From: Candidatus Poribacteria bacterium
Lineage (GTDB): Bacteria; Poribacteria; WGA-4E; WGA-3G
Direction: 5' to 3'
Assembly: GCA_965205025.1 (NCBI GenBank)
Contig: CBDBFU010000033.1
Coordinates: 32,001 to 96,000, forward strand
Length of the DNA: 64,000 nucleotides
Part shown: one piece after another, positions 1-12,283 of the stretch
Numbering within the stretch: position 1 is the stretch's first letter
Layout: the number at the start of each line of letters is the position of its first letter
Notes under the pieces: generated by a model
Seen by the model: only the letters and a program-made list of their open reading frames with translations
Told to the model about the DNA's origin: nothing
Database searches by the model: none
Translations under genes and position numbers: made by a program

Positions 1-632
1 GATCTGTATGTGGGTTGTCCTTAAAATTTTTAAATCACACATTTGTAGACGTTTTGAAAGGATTACTTAATGGAGAAGAGATAAATTATCTTGAGTATCT
101 GAATGACAAGTTCCTGAGTTCGTACGACAAAAAAGGATATTATCCAAGAGATAGTCAATTCAAGGAAGATTTCATAACTAAAGATATTTACAACTATAGC
201 AAACGTAATTATCTACTTCGTAAATTGGAAAATTCTGGTAGTAAAGAACCGATCGAAATTGATGACTACACTATTGAACATATTATGCCACAAAAACTTA
301 ATTTTGAATGGGAGCAAGAATTAGGTGAAGATTATGAGAAAGTGCATGAATTATGGCTTCATAAGATTGGTAATCTAACTCTGACAGGTTACAACTCAGA
401 ATTGAGTAATCATTCCTTTAAGGATAAACGAGATACGGTCCCAGAAGGTTTTAGATTTAGTCCTTTATATTTAAATCAAAGTCTTGCTCAAGTTGAACGT
501 TGGAACGAATTGGCTATCTATGCAAGAGGAAAATACCTTGCCAATCATGCGTCTGAAATATGGATTTTATCCAGATTCCTGAACATTATTTTATTCAATA
601 ACTTTATTTATGCTTTTAATAAGGTGATGTAA
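1..632 (+). CDS. C-terminal part of a GmrSD-family (DUF262/DUF1524) HNH restriction endonuclease; 5' end lies outside the window
   Basis: IEHIMPQ...LHKIGNLTLTGYNSELSN..F..K is the DUF1524 HNH motif; frame open from base 3. The true stop may be near 582 (EIWIYPDS*) if the TTTT at about 565 is an indel error. Confidence 0.8.
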   Translation, partial: SVCGLSLKFLNHTFVDVLKGLLNGEEINYLEYLNDKFLSSYDKKGYYPRDSQFKEDFITKDIYNYSKRNYLLRKLENSGSKEPIEIDDYTIEHIMPQKLNFEWEQELGEDYEKVHELWLHKIGNLTLTGYNSELSNHSFKDKRDTVPEGFRFSPLYLNQSLAQVERWNELAIYARGKYLANHASEIWILSRFLNIILFNNFIYAFNKVM

Positions 633-634
633 AG

Positions 635-1222
635 ATGAAAATATTTACTTTTACGAATAGAAACCCAAAAACAGGTGAAGTCGAAAAGGATAAACCAACT
701 ATCTCAGTTGATTTACATACTTACGGACAGGTTAAGGAAATAATTGAGGATCACATTAACAATAGGCGTTCATGGCATCATCCTATGGGCGTTGATGGAT
801 ACGGGCAAGATATATCCATACGACATCTGTTGCATATCACTTATGATACTATGAAACGTCTCAGAATGAGCGTCGAATTTGCTGAAGTCGTCGAAAAGTG
901 GATTTTCGAAAAATCTGAAGAACGTGAAAAGTATCGTGATAAGTTGATTGCAAACGTTCAGAAAAGCGTTGCTGCATCGACTCTTACCGTCAAGCTTAAT
1001 GTTCCAGAGGGATATAAGTTTGACGGTGAAGCTACTATAAGTGAATCTGAAATAGACAAGGAAAACAAAAAGGTCTTAGTAATTATTGAATATTCGATCA
1101 TTGAGCATCTCCCTATAGAAAGGGTTAGGTCAAATAAAAAATTAGGAAAAGAAGTTGAAGAACTTAGGAAGCGTATTGAGGAACTTGAAGAACTTGAAGA
1201 ACTTGAAGAACTTGAAGAATAA
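635..1222 (+). CDS. Hypothetical protein with C-terminal coiled coil and (EEL)n tail
   Basis: 195-aa ORF with ATG; ends in GAACTTGAA x4; no family recognised. Confidence 0.6.
   Translation: MKIFTFTNRNPKTGEVEKDKPTISVDLHTYGQVKEIIEDHINNRRSWHHPMGVDGYGQDISIRHLLHITYDTMKRLRMSVEFAEVVEKWIFEKSEEREKYRDKLIANVQKSVAASTLTVKLNVPEGYKFDGEATISESEIDKENKKVLVIIEYSIIEHLPIERVRSNKKLGKEVEELRKRIEELEELEELEELEE
1181..1219 (+). repeat. 9-bp tandem repeat GAACTTGAA x4.3 (coding)
   Basis: Read directly from the sequence. Confidence 0.9.
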
Positions 1223-1311
1223 TAGCACAAACTTCGGAAGTATTTAAGTTTAGACAAGGAAATTTTGTAAAATTAACTTGAACCCAATACTCTATACTAT
1301 TGAGGAATAAT

Positions 1312-3810
1312 ATGAAAGACTATCAACCAATTTTCTCTTGAAAACTTGTGTAATGTAGATTCTGAGGATATTGATGAAAATATCACATCGGATGTGGGTT
1401 CGGTAACATTCCATGGATTACCTTTTCACATTTCAGATGGTACAAAAACCTTCTTGGGGTTTGGAGATGGAGTGAATACGGAATCTATCCAGATTCCAGT
1501 TAAGAGTTCAGCACAGCGAGTTATATTTGTACACAGACTCTTAGAATCCAAAATTCCTGAAGGTGAAATAATTGGAAAACTCATAGCTAACTATGTATTT
1601 CACTATACAGATGGTGAGACAGTGAATGTTCCAATTCGGGAACGGTTCGAAATTGGTAGCGTTCCACAAGGTTGGGGACAACAAACCTTTATTGCCATAC
1701 CCGATACCCAAGAAGGTTTGCATGCGCGGCATCAAGGACCGTGGGGATCAGCAGGAAATCGTCAAACAGAAGCAACTCAGTGTGTTCCGCGTAACTATTA
1801 CTTGTATATCTGGAAGAATCCTCAGCCTGATAAAGAGATAGCATCTATAGAAATACAACCAGAAGAACGAAAGTTTATAATTGCTGCGATTACATTGGGT
1901 CATCTTGATGAAGATCCTGTACCACGTCATCCTAACCGTGAGGTGAAAATCACACTTCCTCAAGCTGTAGATGCTGAGAAACCTTTTGATATGGAGATTA
2001 ATGTCGATAGAGGTACGGCAACCTATCCTTATGCATTACCTGAAAATCCTTCCGATGGATTTATTGATGACGATTTCAAAGGGTGGGGTGAGACGCAAAA
2101 CAGTAAAAGTAGTCCTGCATACACTGAGATATCTGCTACACCATCTGCCACAGTTGAAGTAAAGAATGAAGGTGAAACACTTGGTAGTGTTAATTGGGGA
2201 GAAGTTCAAAAGAAAGGAAGTATACAACCTAATGACCGTGTTAGGGTAGAAATAATAGATTCAGGAAGGAATTGGGTACATACGACTGTTATAGATGAAG
2301 ATACAAATAAACCTGTTCCATGTCGTATTCATTTCCGTTCACCTCATGGTGTACCGTATGCACCCCATGGACACCATGCACATGTGAATTCAAATATGGG
2401 GACATGGCACATAGATGTAGGTGGTGATGTGCGGTTGGGACAAATCAGTTATGCCTATATTGACGGCACATGTCAGGGATGGTTGCCTCGTGGTGAAGTA
2501 ATTGTAGATGTGGCACGGGGTTTTGAATATACACCTTTACGGGACGAAGGTCAATATAAAACCCGGACAACGGGAATTGACACTACGAATAAAACGTTGG
2601 TGTGATATGAACTCTGAACGGTATTTCAGTGGGGATACCCATGTGCATTTCCTATCTACACAAGGGGCACATACTGAAGGCACAAGGTGAAGATCTTGGC
2701 GTAGTAAATCTACTCCTATCACAGTGGGGACATCTGTTTACCAACACAGAGGAATTCATTGGTCGACCGACTACTTCCGCAGATGGGAGAAGTATAGTGT
2801 ATGCGACCCAAGAAAATAGACAGCATGTTCTTGGTCATCTCACACTACTCGGATTGAAAGAACAGGTCGCGCCGTGGTGTTCTGATGGTCCAGGTGAAGC
2901 AGAGTTGGGTGGGAATATGGAGGTAACACTATCTCATTGGGCAGATGCTTGTCATGACCAAGGTGGAACAGTTGTCTTACCACATATCCCAAATCCAAAT
3001 TGTGAACCTGCAACACTTATTGCTACCAATAGGGTAGATGCTGTCGAATACCTCACCAATGCAATGTATGGACACCTTGAATATTACAGATATCTGAATT
3101 GTGGTTATAAACTTCCATTGGTTGGTGGTACAGATAAAATGACAGCGGATGTGCCAGTTGGTGTATATCGTACCTATGTCCATATCCCAGAGAATGAAGA
3201 ATTTAATTATGATAATTGGTGTAAATACATGAGTGCGGGGAATACATTTCTCAGTGGTGGACCGATGATACGGCTTACAGTTGATGGTCAACCCATAGGA
3301 AGTACTATTAATCTTCCAGGGAATGGTGGAACAGTAGAAGTTGAAGCATCAGCAGATTCTATCTTTCCCATTCACACTTTACAGATCATTCAATCAGGTG
3401 AGGTAGTTGCTACAACAGAGGAGAATAACGGTTCACATCAATTACGGATAAAAGCACAAATAAAAGTAGGCAAGCATTCTTGGATAGCCGCTCGTTGTGG
3501 TGGACCTGAGTATGTTCAAGCCGTACCACATTACGACGGTTGGAGACGTGGAATTATTGCACATACATCTCCAATTTATATTGCTGTTGGTGAAGAATGG
3601 TGGATGTTTGATCCTGAAACGGCTAACTATATGCTTACGCTGATAGAAGGTGGATTATCTTATATACAACAATCTGCCCGTCATTATGAACATGGTACAA
3701 CGACCCATCATCATGGTGAAGATGACCATATTGAATATCTATCCCGTCCTTTCCAAGAAGCACGAGAAGCTATACATCAGAGGATGCATAAATTAGGAAT
3801 ACCCCATTAA
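1312..3810 (+). CDS. CehA/McbA-family (PHP-like) metallohydrolase, split by about 3 frameshifts (near 1333, 2541, 2680)
   Basis: GAGG RBS and ATG at 1312; ORF pieces 1346-2605, 2508-2690 and 2629-3810 join into ...SGDTHVHFLS...GEDL.VVNLL...QENRQH.LGHL...GGTDKM...AHTSP; breaks are single-base changes in homopolymers. Confidence 0.75.
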
Positions 3811-3859
3811 TTTTATGTTTCGGTACACAGAGTGTATCTACTACTATTAAGGAGATAAT

Positions 3860-4834
3860 ATGCCAAAAGAATTAGTTGCAGTTGCCCCGAGAGAACCGGT
3901 TTTACGAGAATATGAAGATGGACCTGTCCCTGAAGGACATGTTCGTGTTCAGGTTGAACATGGTGCACCAAAACGTGGAACTGAGATGACAATGTATTAC
4001 GGTTTACGTGGAGCAGGTTTCCCACAAGGACTTGGTAATATGTGTGTTGGGAAGATTATCGAGGTTGGCGATGGTGTTGAAGACTGTGAAGTAGGTGAGC
4101 GTGTTGCTGGACATGGACATCTTAAAGAGACACATACTTGGAGATCCGGTGGTGTATTAAAAATGCCAGAAAGGATGACCTGGAAAGAAGCAGTATGTTA
4201 TGATCCTGCTCATTTTGCATTATCCGCGATCCGAGATGGACAGGTTCGCGTGGGTGATCGTGTAGCTGTATTTGGATTAGGCGCGATTGGACTCATGACC
4301 CAACAGTATGCCCGCGAAGCAGGTGCAGATTTTATTGCATGTGTTGACCCTATTGAAGGTCGTCGTGCTGTTGCTGAAAAAACTGGTGCTGATCTTGTAC
4401 TGGATCCGACTGCTTGTGATGTTGGTGAAGTACTTAAGGATGCAACCGGTGGTGTAGGTCTTGATGTTGCGATTGAAACAAGTGCAGTCTATAATGCTCT
4501 TGATGATGCCATTCGGAGTGTTGCATTTGAAGGTACGGTTGTCGTTGCAGGGTGGGCAAAGGAGTGTAAAGGTGGTTTGGATCTTGGCGCTGTTGCACAT
4601 TTTAATATTCCTAACTTAATTTTTGCCCGAGCGAATAGTGATCCTAATCGAGACCATCCACGTTGGAATTTCGGTAGGATAATCCAATCTTGTTGGAAAT
4701 GGCTTGCAGAAGGTCGATTTGACTGTGAAGATATTGTAGACCCAGTTGTCCCGTTTGAAGATTCTGTTGAAGCCTATATAGAGATGGACAATCATCCTGA
4801 ACGAAGTGTTAAGTTAGGGGTTTCGTTCGGATAG
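3860..4834 (+). CDS. Zinc-binding alcohol dehydrogenase family (MDR) oxidoreductase
   Basis: GroES-like N-terminus; Rossmann motif VAVFGLGAIG; AAGGAG RBS. Confidence 0.85.
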   Translation: MPKELVAVAPREPVLREYEDGPVPEGHVRVQVEHGAPKRGTEMTMYYGLRGAGFPQGLGNMCVGKIIEVGDGVEDCEVGERVAGHGHLKETHTWRSGGVLKMPERMTWKEAVCYDPAHFALSAIRDGQVRVGDRVAVFGLGAIGLMTQQYAREAGADFIACVDPIEGRRAVAEKTGADLVLDPTACDVGEVLKDATGGVGLDVAIETSAVYNALDDAIRSVAFEGTVVVAGWAKECKGGLDLGAVAHFNIPNLIFARANSDPNRDHPRWNFGRIIQSCWKWLAEGRFDCEDIVDPVVPFEDSVEAYIEMDNHPERSVKLGVSFG

Positions 4835-4859
4835 AGGTGGAATAACTTATCTATCTAAT

Positions 4860-4887
4860 AGGTTCGGTGTCATACCGAACCTTTTTC
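4860..4887 (+). terminator. Hairpin AGGTTCGGT-GTCAT-ACCGAACCT followed by T-tract between convergent genes; related to the GGTTCGG REP family
   Basis: Perfect 9-bp stem followed by TTTT. Confidence 0.65.
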
Positions 4888-4909
4888 TTATATGAAACAA
4901 TCTCGGACA

Positions 4910-5800
4910 CTATTGCATTGTAATCAAGAATATACCAATAACCATCAGAACTGCTGCAAATAATCTTCGTTTTGTATACGTTTCTTTCAACGCATACCCA
5001 CCAAGTATTACAACAAAAATGACAGAACATTGGCGGATAGCAGTCACATAACTTACTTTTTCAGTCATAAGCACATAAAGGATAAGGGAATAGGAAATTA
5101 AGGAGAATACAACTACAAAAATAGCTCGTTTCCATTCTGTTTTACCAATTTGTATTATCTGTTGCTTAGGGAAACGCAGAAAAGTTATCACAGCATAAAG
5201 CAGTTGGGAGCAAAGGTTTTCCATCAGATAATAGTTTACGGCATACATCAATGATGTTTCGGATATATTGTTATGTAGTGTAGACATACCTTGTTTGTCA
5301 ATGAGTGAATAACCAATTACACTTGCAAGAGTGGCATACGCCCAAATTGCATCCGGTTCACGTAGGAATCTGACGAATGTTCTAACATTTATTTCCTTTT
5401 CACGTTGCTGATAGAGTAATATTGAACACATAACACATAGGATTCCAATCAACCCTTGTACTGAGATTCTCTCATTGAGAAAAAGAAAAGCGAATATTGG
5501 TAAGAACGCAGGAGCAGAACGGGTAATTGGATAGACGAAAGAAATCTCTCCAACAGTGTATGCCTGAGTCAAAAATAGACGGTACAATAGATGTACGAAG
5601 GCAGACGCAAGTATGTATACCCATACTGGTGTAGGTATAATAGGTTTATTGATTATAAATACGACAATAGCTAAAATACCGGTGTAAAGTCCACACCAAA
5701 AGAATAAAATGCGTGTATCTTTACTTGATTTACTATAAAAATTCCATAAGGCGTGGCAAAATGCTGATAGAAGGACGAATAGTATTGACGTTGTGTGCAT
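4910..5800 (-). CDS. EamA/DMT family transporter
   Basis: About 10 TM segments; HALWNF, GEISFVYPITR, SYVTAIRQCSVIF motifs. Confidence 0.85.
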   Translation of the reverse strand: MHTTSILFVLLSAFCHALWNFYSKSSKDTRILFFWCGLYTGILAIVVFIINKPIIPTPVWVYILASAFVHLLYRLFLTQAYTVGEISFVYPITRSAPAFLPIFAFLFLNERISVQGLIGILCVMCSILLYQQREKEINVRTFVRFLREPDAIWAYATLASVIGYSLIDKQGMSTLHNNISETSLMYAVNYYLMENLCSQLLYAVITFLRFPKQQIIQIGKTEWKRAIFVVVFSLISYSLILYVLMTEKVSYVTAIRQCSVIFVVILGGYALKETYTKRRLFAAVLMVIGIFLITMQ

Positions 5801-6067
5801 AAAGTTATTCTGTAAACCAATATCTTTTCAGTAAGTTACACATGAAGAATTAGACAATTTTAAACATCTTGATTATACCACAATGTAGTATACCATGCTG
5901 TTTCAGTCTATCCATTCTTTATATTTCACCATGGTATGTTATATATTGATATACTTGAATCCACTATCAAATCATTATCGAAAACTGTTGTGTTTTCATT
6001 GATAACCTCTCTTATTTAAAATTATGATCAAAAGAATTCTTACATATATTTCTCATGGAGTAGTAAA

Positions 6068-9000
6068 ATGAAAATCATAATTCAACTCATTTGTTTCTGT
6101 CTGGTTGTATCATCTTGTAAAATAATAGTCAAATCTGAGGATCAACCTGTTCTGGCAGGAAAGGTTGAACGTATTCTGAATATCAAAACTGGAAGAGAAT
6201 ATGATACAGGTTTTGGTGAGGATTATGGTAAAGGTAATATACACATACAAAAAACAAATTCCTATTTAACCTTAAGAATGACAGACTTCAGTTCAAGTAT
6301 TGATACACCTCGCACCTTACGGACAATATTGGATAGTTTTGAAGGTGACCTTTTTCAAGAAACAATTACGATTGGAGACACATGGGAACAGAGAGGATTT
6401 CGGGGTGGAACTGAACAGGTCACCCTTGAAAATTATGAAGATGTAAGAATAGGCAATAAATTATATCCTAAGTGTTTGAAACACAAGACTATCATCAAAG
6501 AAGCGAATTGGGATAGTAAAACTGAATTTGGCAATGCGTTGGTTAACGGAACACGATATCTGTGGTTTTCACCAGGGATTGGTGTAGTAAAGTTATTATA
6601 TGAGCACTCAAATGGAATTACCACCGAAGGGGAATTGATTAGTAGTTATATCCCTGTAGAGAAAAAGGATATGTTTCCAATTGATATAGGTACATCTTGG
6701 ACTTATAAATGGAAGAATGATTATGAGAAATTTACATTGATTGAAAAAATCAAGGTCTTTAAGAACACTCAGAGTGAAAATAGTCTTGGATTCAATACCT
6801 ATGTTGCATTGGAAGATGGTAGAAAGATGCTTGATGGGAATTTTTATTTTTGGTTTGATAAGAATCCAATCTTACGACTTTCTGGATCAGGGTATTCCCA
6901 CTCAGGTCGTGATAGACCAGAAGGTCCAGATAGTATATTTATTGAGTTAATCGAAAATCATTATCCAGAACTATTACGATATCCTATAAGCGTTGGTAAA
7001 TCCTGGACTAAAGAAGGTTTTTCGAATGTAAATGTGACGACTACGATCGAAGAATTTGAGACCATTGAAACAACTCTTGGTACATTTAAAGATTGTCTTA
7101 AGCATAAAACTGTTTTTCAGGGTGCAACAGTGTTTTCAAATCCTACACCTGAAGATTTACTAAGAGTTGCTCTCATAAATGGTACACGTTATCTATGGTT
7201 TGTAAAAGGTATTGGAATTGTAAAATTGCGTTATGAACACTCCAATGGTATTACTACTGAAGGCAGAATTAATCGATTATAATGTTCCAAATGGTAGTCT
7301 TGAGTATTTTCCACTGAATACTGGAACGACTTGGACATATAAATGGCAGAATGCATATCAACCAAGACCAATGATTGAGAAAGTCGCAATTATTGATATT
7401 CAAGATAAACCTGAGATATCTTTGTTAGAATCAAAATATACTATAACAATACCAGATAAAACTGAACCTGGAGAAATGCTTGTTGATTTTCAGTTATTGC
7501 CTGAAAGAGGCAACTTTGAAGAAATGAAGTTACGTCTACATGGCGATAGCGATTATATACCCCAACATGGTCAATTTGTCCCTGATCATGATGAATATAA
7601 ATCCAAAAACTATCCATTCTTACGTGGTATCATAGTAAGACCTGATCCTCTTGGTAGACCACATTTTAGTGGATATCCCTATCCTGCTTGGACAACAAAA
7701 TTCTTTAAAAGTCGTACCGGTGGAACAATAAACTTAAACTACGAAATATCAAAAGAATTTGCAGAATATTACAAAGGATTTAAGTCAGAAAGGCGTGGAA
7801 GCCAAGTCTTAACCAGATCACAACCCATATTCAGAGATAGTAGTATGGTCTGGTTGGGTGGAGACCTCTTTATAATAGGAGGAAAGTCAGCTAATATAGA
7901 GGTGGAATTCATTGTTCCAGATGGATGGAACGTATTAACTCCTTGGAACCGCATTGGGAATTCTGATATAGATATTCAGTTGATAACCAGGAAGAATTAA
8001 CGCAGAACTATATTCTGTTTGGTGAATATGATGAAGTTGTAAGCAAATCTGATAATACAAAAGTAGTTATGGGTATTGTGGGTAAGCTTAAATCGTCCAA
8101 AGATGAGATTCAGTTGACCGTTGAAAAATTCCTTAATGCTTATTCACGGGTCTTTAAGAATGGTCCTGATCATACTGTCACACTATTAATTAATCAAAAC
8201 GAAAAAGACACTCAAATCCGAATGGAAGGTCATGGACATAGACATAGTGTTAATATCTTTATGAAGGATATACAAAATCCTGATACAAAATCTGTTTATG
8301 GACCATTCCTTGGTCACGAAGTCTTTCATATCTGGAATGGACTAACATCCCTACCACGTTTTTCATCAAAAGAAACATGGTTCAGTGAAGGTGTGACAAA
8401 TTATTATTCAGATATTACTGCCAAACAATTGGGTTATCTAACTGAAAGTGAATTTCTTAGTAAGCTTGAGACAGCATGTGAGAAGTATTTATCAGTATCT
8501 CATGAATTGGCTGTCGGTGATGATTATCGTGTTAGAAGGTTAGTTTATGAAGGTGGGAGTCTTGTCGCTGCATCAATAGACCTTCAAATTAGGCATCGCA
8601 GTAGAAACAGAAAGAATTTTAATCAGGTCATGCAGGATATGTACCGCAAGTTTCCTGATTATACGATAGAATATACCAATGAAGATATCATCAGAAGTGT
8701 CAATAAAGTATCAAGTAAGGATATGAGACCATTTTTTGAAAAGTATGTATTAGGAAAGGAACGACTCCCATTGAAAGAATATCTTGCTTACGCAGGTTTA
8801 GACTTTGAGGTAACATCTTATGAAAAGATACCAACGTATCAGTATGTTGTTGATGTACTAAAGAAAAGTTTAGAACAGGACAATATGGTTGATATTAGTT
8901 CTATTGATGGTAACCGAGTGATGTCTACACTGGATTATGTAAAATAGCAGTAGATTGGAAAACAGGGGATGTCTTGGAGTTGACCTACAAAATATGGGGA

Positions 9001-9152
9001 ATGAAAGTGATTTTAAAACAGAAATGGTAACCTTAAAAGGTATATCGGATAATCCTCCTACATTTCAGGAGGTTAGTGTTAGAATTACAAAAATGGAAAA
9101 AATGAATAAACTACAGCGTGCAATCTTCAATGGTATTTTAGGAAAGAATTGA
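6068..9152 (+). CDS. Lipoprotein with two copies of a beta-rich domain plus an M61-like zinc peptidase domain (paralog 1), frameshifted near 7262, 7960 and 8935
   Basis: Lipobox-like VSSC; NGTRYLWF..G.G.VK..YEHSNG.TTE twice; HEVFHIWN and WFSEGVT.YY gluzincin motifs. Confidence 0.7.
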
Positions 9153-9162
9153 TGGAGGTCTT

Positions 9163-12100
9163 ATGAATATCAAAGTTAAGAATTTCCTAAAGTATAGTTT
9201 AAGGATTGCTATAGTTGGGATAATCACTATCTTACTTGCTTGTCAGTCAGACAATAGTTTTCCTGGTAGAATTGAGCTACCTGTAAAAAAGGAACTACCT
9301 GATAGAGTTGCTCGTGACTAATTGTTGAAACTAAAACAGATATAGGAATAAAGACTGCTTCTGGAACTTTCCATGTGAAAAAAAGTAAAGAATATCTGAC
9401 GATGCACCCTAAAGAATTTTATAGCGGTGTAGTCATTCCTGAACAGATGACAATATTGTTAAGTAATTTTCTCGGAGAATTATTCCAATATCCTATTAAA
9501 ATAGGTGAAACTTGGCTAGCAAGCGACCTCAGGAGAGTAAAATCGCCTGTCACCCTAATACAGAATGAACAAGTAACCACTTCAATGGGTACGTTCAAAG
9601 AATGTATTAGACATAAGTCTGTATACACAGATGCTAACATGAGACGTGAAGTTGAAAATTCATTGTTGAATGGATACGATATTTATGGTTCGCAAAAGGA
9701 ATAGGCATAGTTAAAATGCGCTATGAACATTCAAACGGAGTAATCACAGAAGCAGAGTTAATTGACTACAAGATAGATCAAAAATTCCAAAGACTTCTTC
9801 CCTATAAATAAAGGAAATAGTTGGACATACAAGTGGCAAAACAATTATTTTAAGGAATCGAATATCGAAGAAATTACTGTTGGTAATAAAAATAGTTATG
9901 GTGACATGACAAAATTCATATTAGATACAAAAGTAAGAGACACAATTGGAGAAGACGTAGGTTCTGGCAGATTTCTTATAGAAAAACCAATAAGAACTTA
10001 AGAGTAAGCGCATCTCGAATGACATTATCTTCTGAAGGATATTTTCTTTCAAACAAATCACATTTCCCGTATACTACTTCTATGCTGTTATTACAAGTAT
10101 GTAGTGGTAAACCTGAAAAAGGATTATTTCAGTATCCATTGAAATTAGGGAAAAAATGGAACAGTCAAGTCAATGGGATTGGATAACTCAGGAAGAAATA
10201 TCTTATGAAGGATATGAATCCGTTAATGTTTCATCAGGAACTTTTAAAGATTCACTCTTACATAAGACGATCTTGTCAGATACCAATGCTGAAATCCATT
10301 TTGAGCGTTTTCAAGCTACACAACTAAGACTATTAAATGAGGCAATGATGAATGGTGTCCGATATTTGTGGTTTGCCAAAGGTGTCGGTATTGTAAAGAT
10401 GCGTTATGAGCATTCAAATGGCATCATAACTGAAGCAGAATTAGTTGAGTACTATGTGCCAGAAAAAAGTGAGGATTATTTACCTTTGACACTTGGTACT
10501 CGGTGGAAATACAAATGGAAAAATGACTTATATAAGCATCCTATGTTCGAGACAATTGAGGTAGTAAGATCAGGTGGAGGTAATGAAACACATATAGATA
10601 AAAGCAACTATACAATAACTATGGATGAGGATAACATAGGAGTTTTACAGGTTAATGCAAAATTATTTCCTAAAGAATTAGAATTAAGAAAAGTCCGTTT
10701 AGCTTTAAATGGAGAAGATACATATATTGAAAAAGTTGATTTAAGTCACAGTCCAATGAGTTCCAAAACAACGTAGCACAAGAGATGTTTGGACGTTTAA
10801 ATCTGATGATTTATATACTATACCGATTACTTTAAGATATACTGCATCTTTGAGACATGGTTCTGAAAAGAATGATGACGTTTTTCAACAGACTGGGATT
10901 AGACCCGATCCTGCGATTACACCATATCAAAGAGAAGATTGTATCTTTTTTCCATGCAATATGCTCTTCATTGTTGGTAGAGAGTGTAATGATATAACTG
11001 TCGAATTTAACCTCCCCAAAGGATGGCATGTCTCCACACCATGGCATAGTATTGATAAGAAAGGTAAGAAGTTTCACCTATATAATCAAAAAGAATTAAC
11101 GAATCCATACATCCTAATTGGAAAACATGCTGTGGTCAATGTTGAATCTGGAGAAACTAAGATTATACTTGCTATTGGAAGTAAGTTAAATAAGTCAAAA
11201 TCGATAATAGAAGATACTATTTTTAAGTACATCCAAGCATATTCAGACCTATTTGGTGTAAGTCCTATGGAACCCTTCTTATTTATTATTAATCCCTATG
11301 AAAATTCCTATGAAGATAGGTATTGGACTCGTTCAGAAGGTCCATGGTATAGGACGGAGTATAAGTATTTTGATGGATAAACCATTGGATATTTCCAGAA
11401 GTCATCAGTGGGGACCTTTTCTGGCACATGAAGTATTCCATGTATGGAACGGAAACCCTGACTTAGATAATTTTAGTGGTAATGAACACTGGTTTAAAGA
11501 AGGGGTAACAGATTTCTATGATGATATAACCGCCAGGCGACTTGGATATATTTCTGTAGATGAATATCTTAGACGACTTGAATTTGCATGGGAAAGTTTT
11601 TTATCTGCTCCGAGTGAATTCGCTATAAGTGATACAATTGATAAAAGACTCCAATACAATGGGGGGAGTCTGGTGACAGCTGCTTTGGATTTTGAAATAC
11701 GTGAACTTTCAGACAATACCATGAGTTTTGATGATGTGATTAGACGCATGTATCAAAAATTTAGATTTATCTCAAGTGGATACACAAATAGTGATATTAT
11801 TGAAATACTCAATGACCTTACTAGAAAAGATTTTAGTCCGTTCTTCAATACCTACATCTATGGAAATGCTCGAACTTCTCTTGTGGAATACTTCGAAAAA
11901 GCGGGTTTATCTGTAAATATAAATCTGAGCGAAGAATTACCGACCTCAGACTATGTAATTGAAATGCTACAGACAAATATGGGACGAGATACACCTGCTA
12001 ATGTGAGTGCTATCAATAATATACGCATATATAAACGGAAAGAACTTCGAAAACTTGCTAAAGATTGGAAATCAGGTACGGAGTTGGAAATAAGTTATGG

Positions 12101-12263
12101 AGAATATGATTCATATAATAAAGATATTACCGAGACTATTGTATTAACCGAGATTCCAGAAATTATTCCGACCTCAGAAGAAATCGTTGTTAATATCACG
12201 AAAATGACAGAGATGACTGAAAAACAACGGGTTATATTTGAAAACCTATTGCATAATAAGTAA
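9163..12263 (+). CDS. Second tandem paralog of the repeat-domain M61-like lipoprotein peptidase; multiply frameshifted (pseudogene or assembly errors)
   Basis: GGAGG RBS and ATG at 9163 with LLAC lipobox; RYLWFAKG.GIVKMRYEHSNG twice (one copy spans a frameshift); HEVFHVWN and WFKEGVTDFY in 11298-12263. Confidence 0.65.
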
Positions 12264-12283
12264 ACTCAATTAAGGAGACTACA

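Noticed and set aside
958-1257. Minus-strand poly-Ser ORF
   Set aside because: Antisense shadow of the GAACTTGAA repeat in the plus-strand gene
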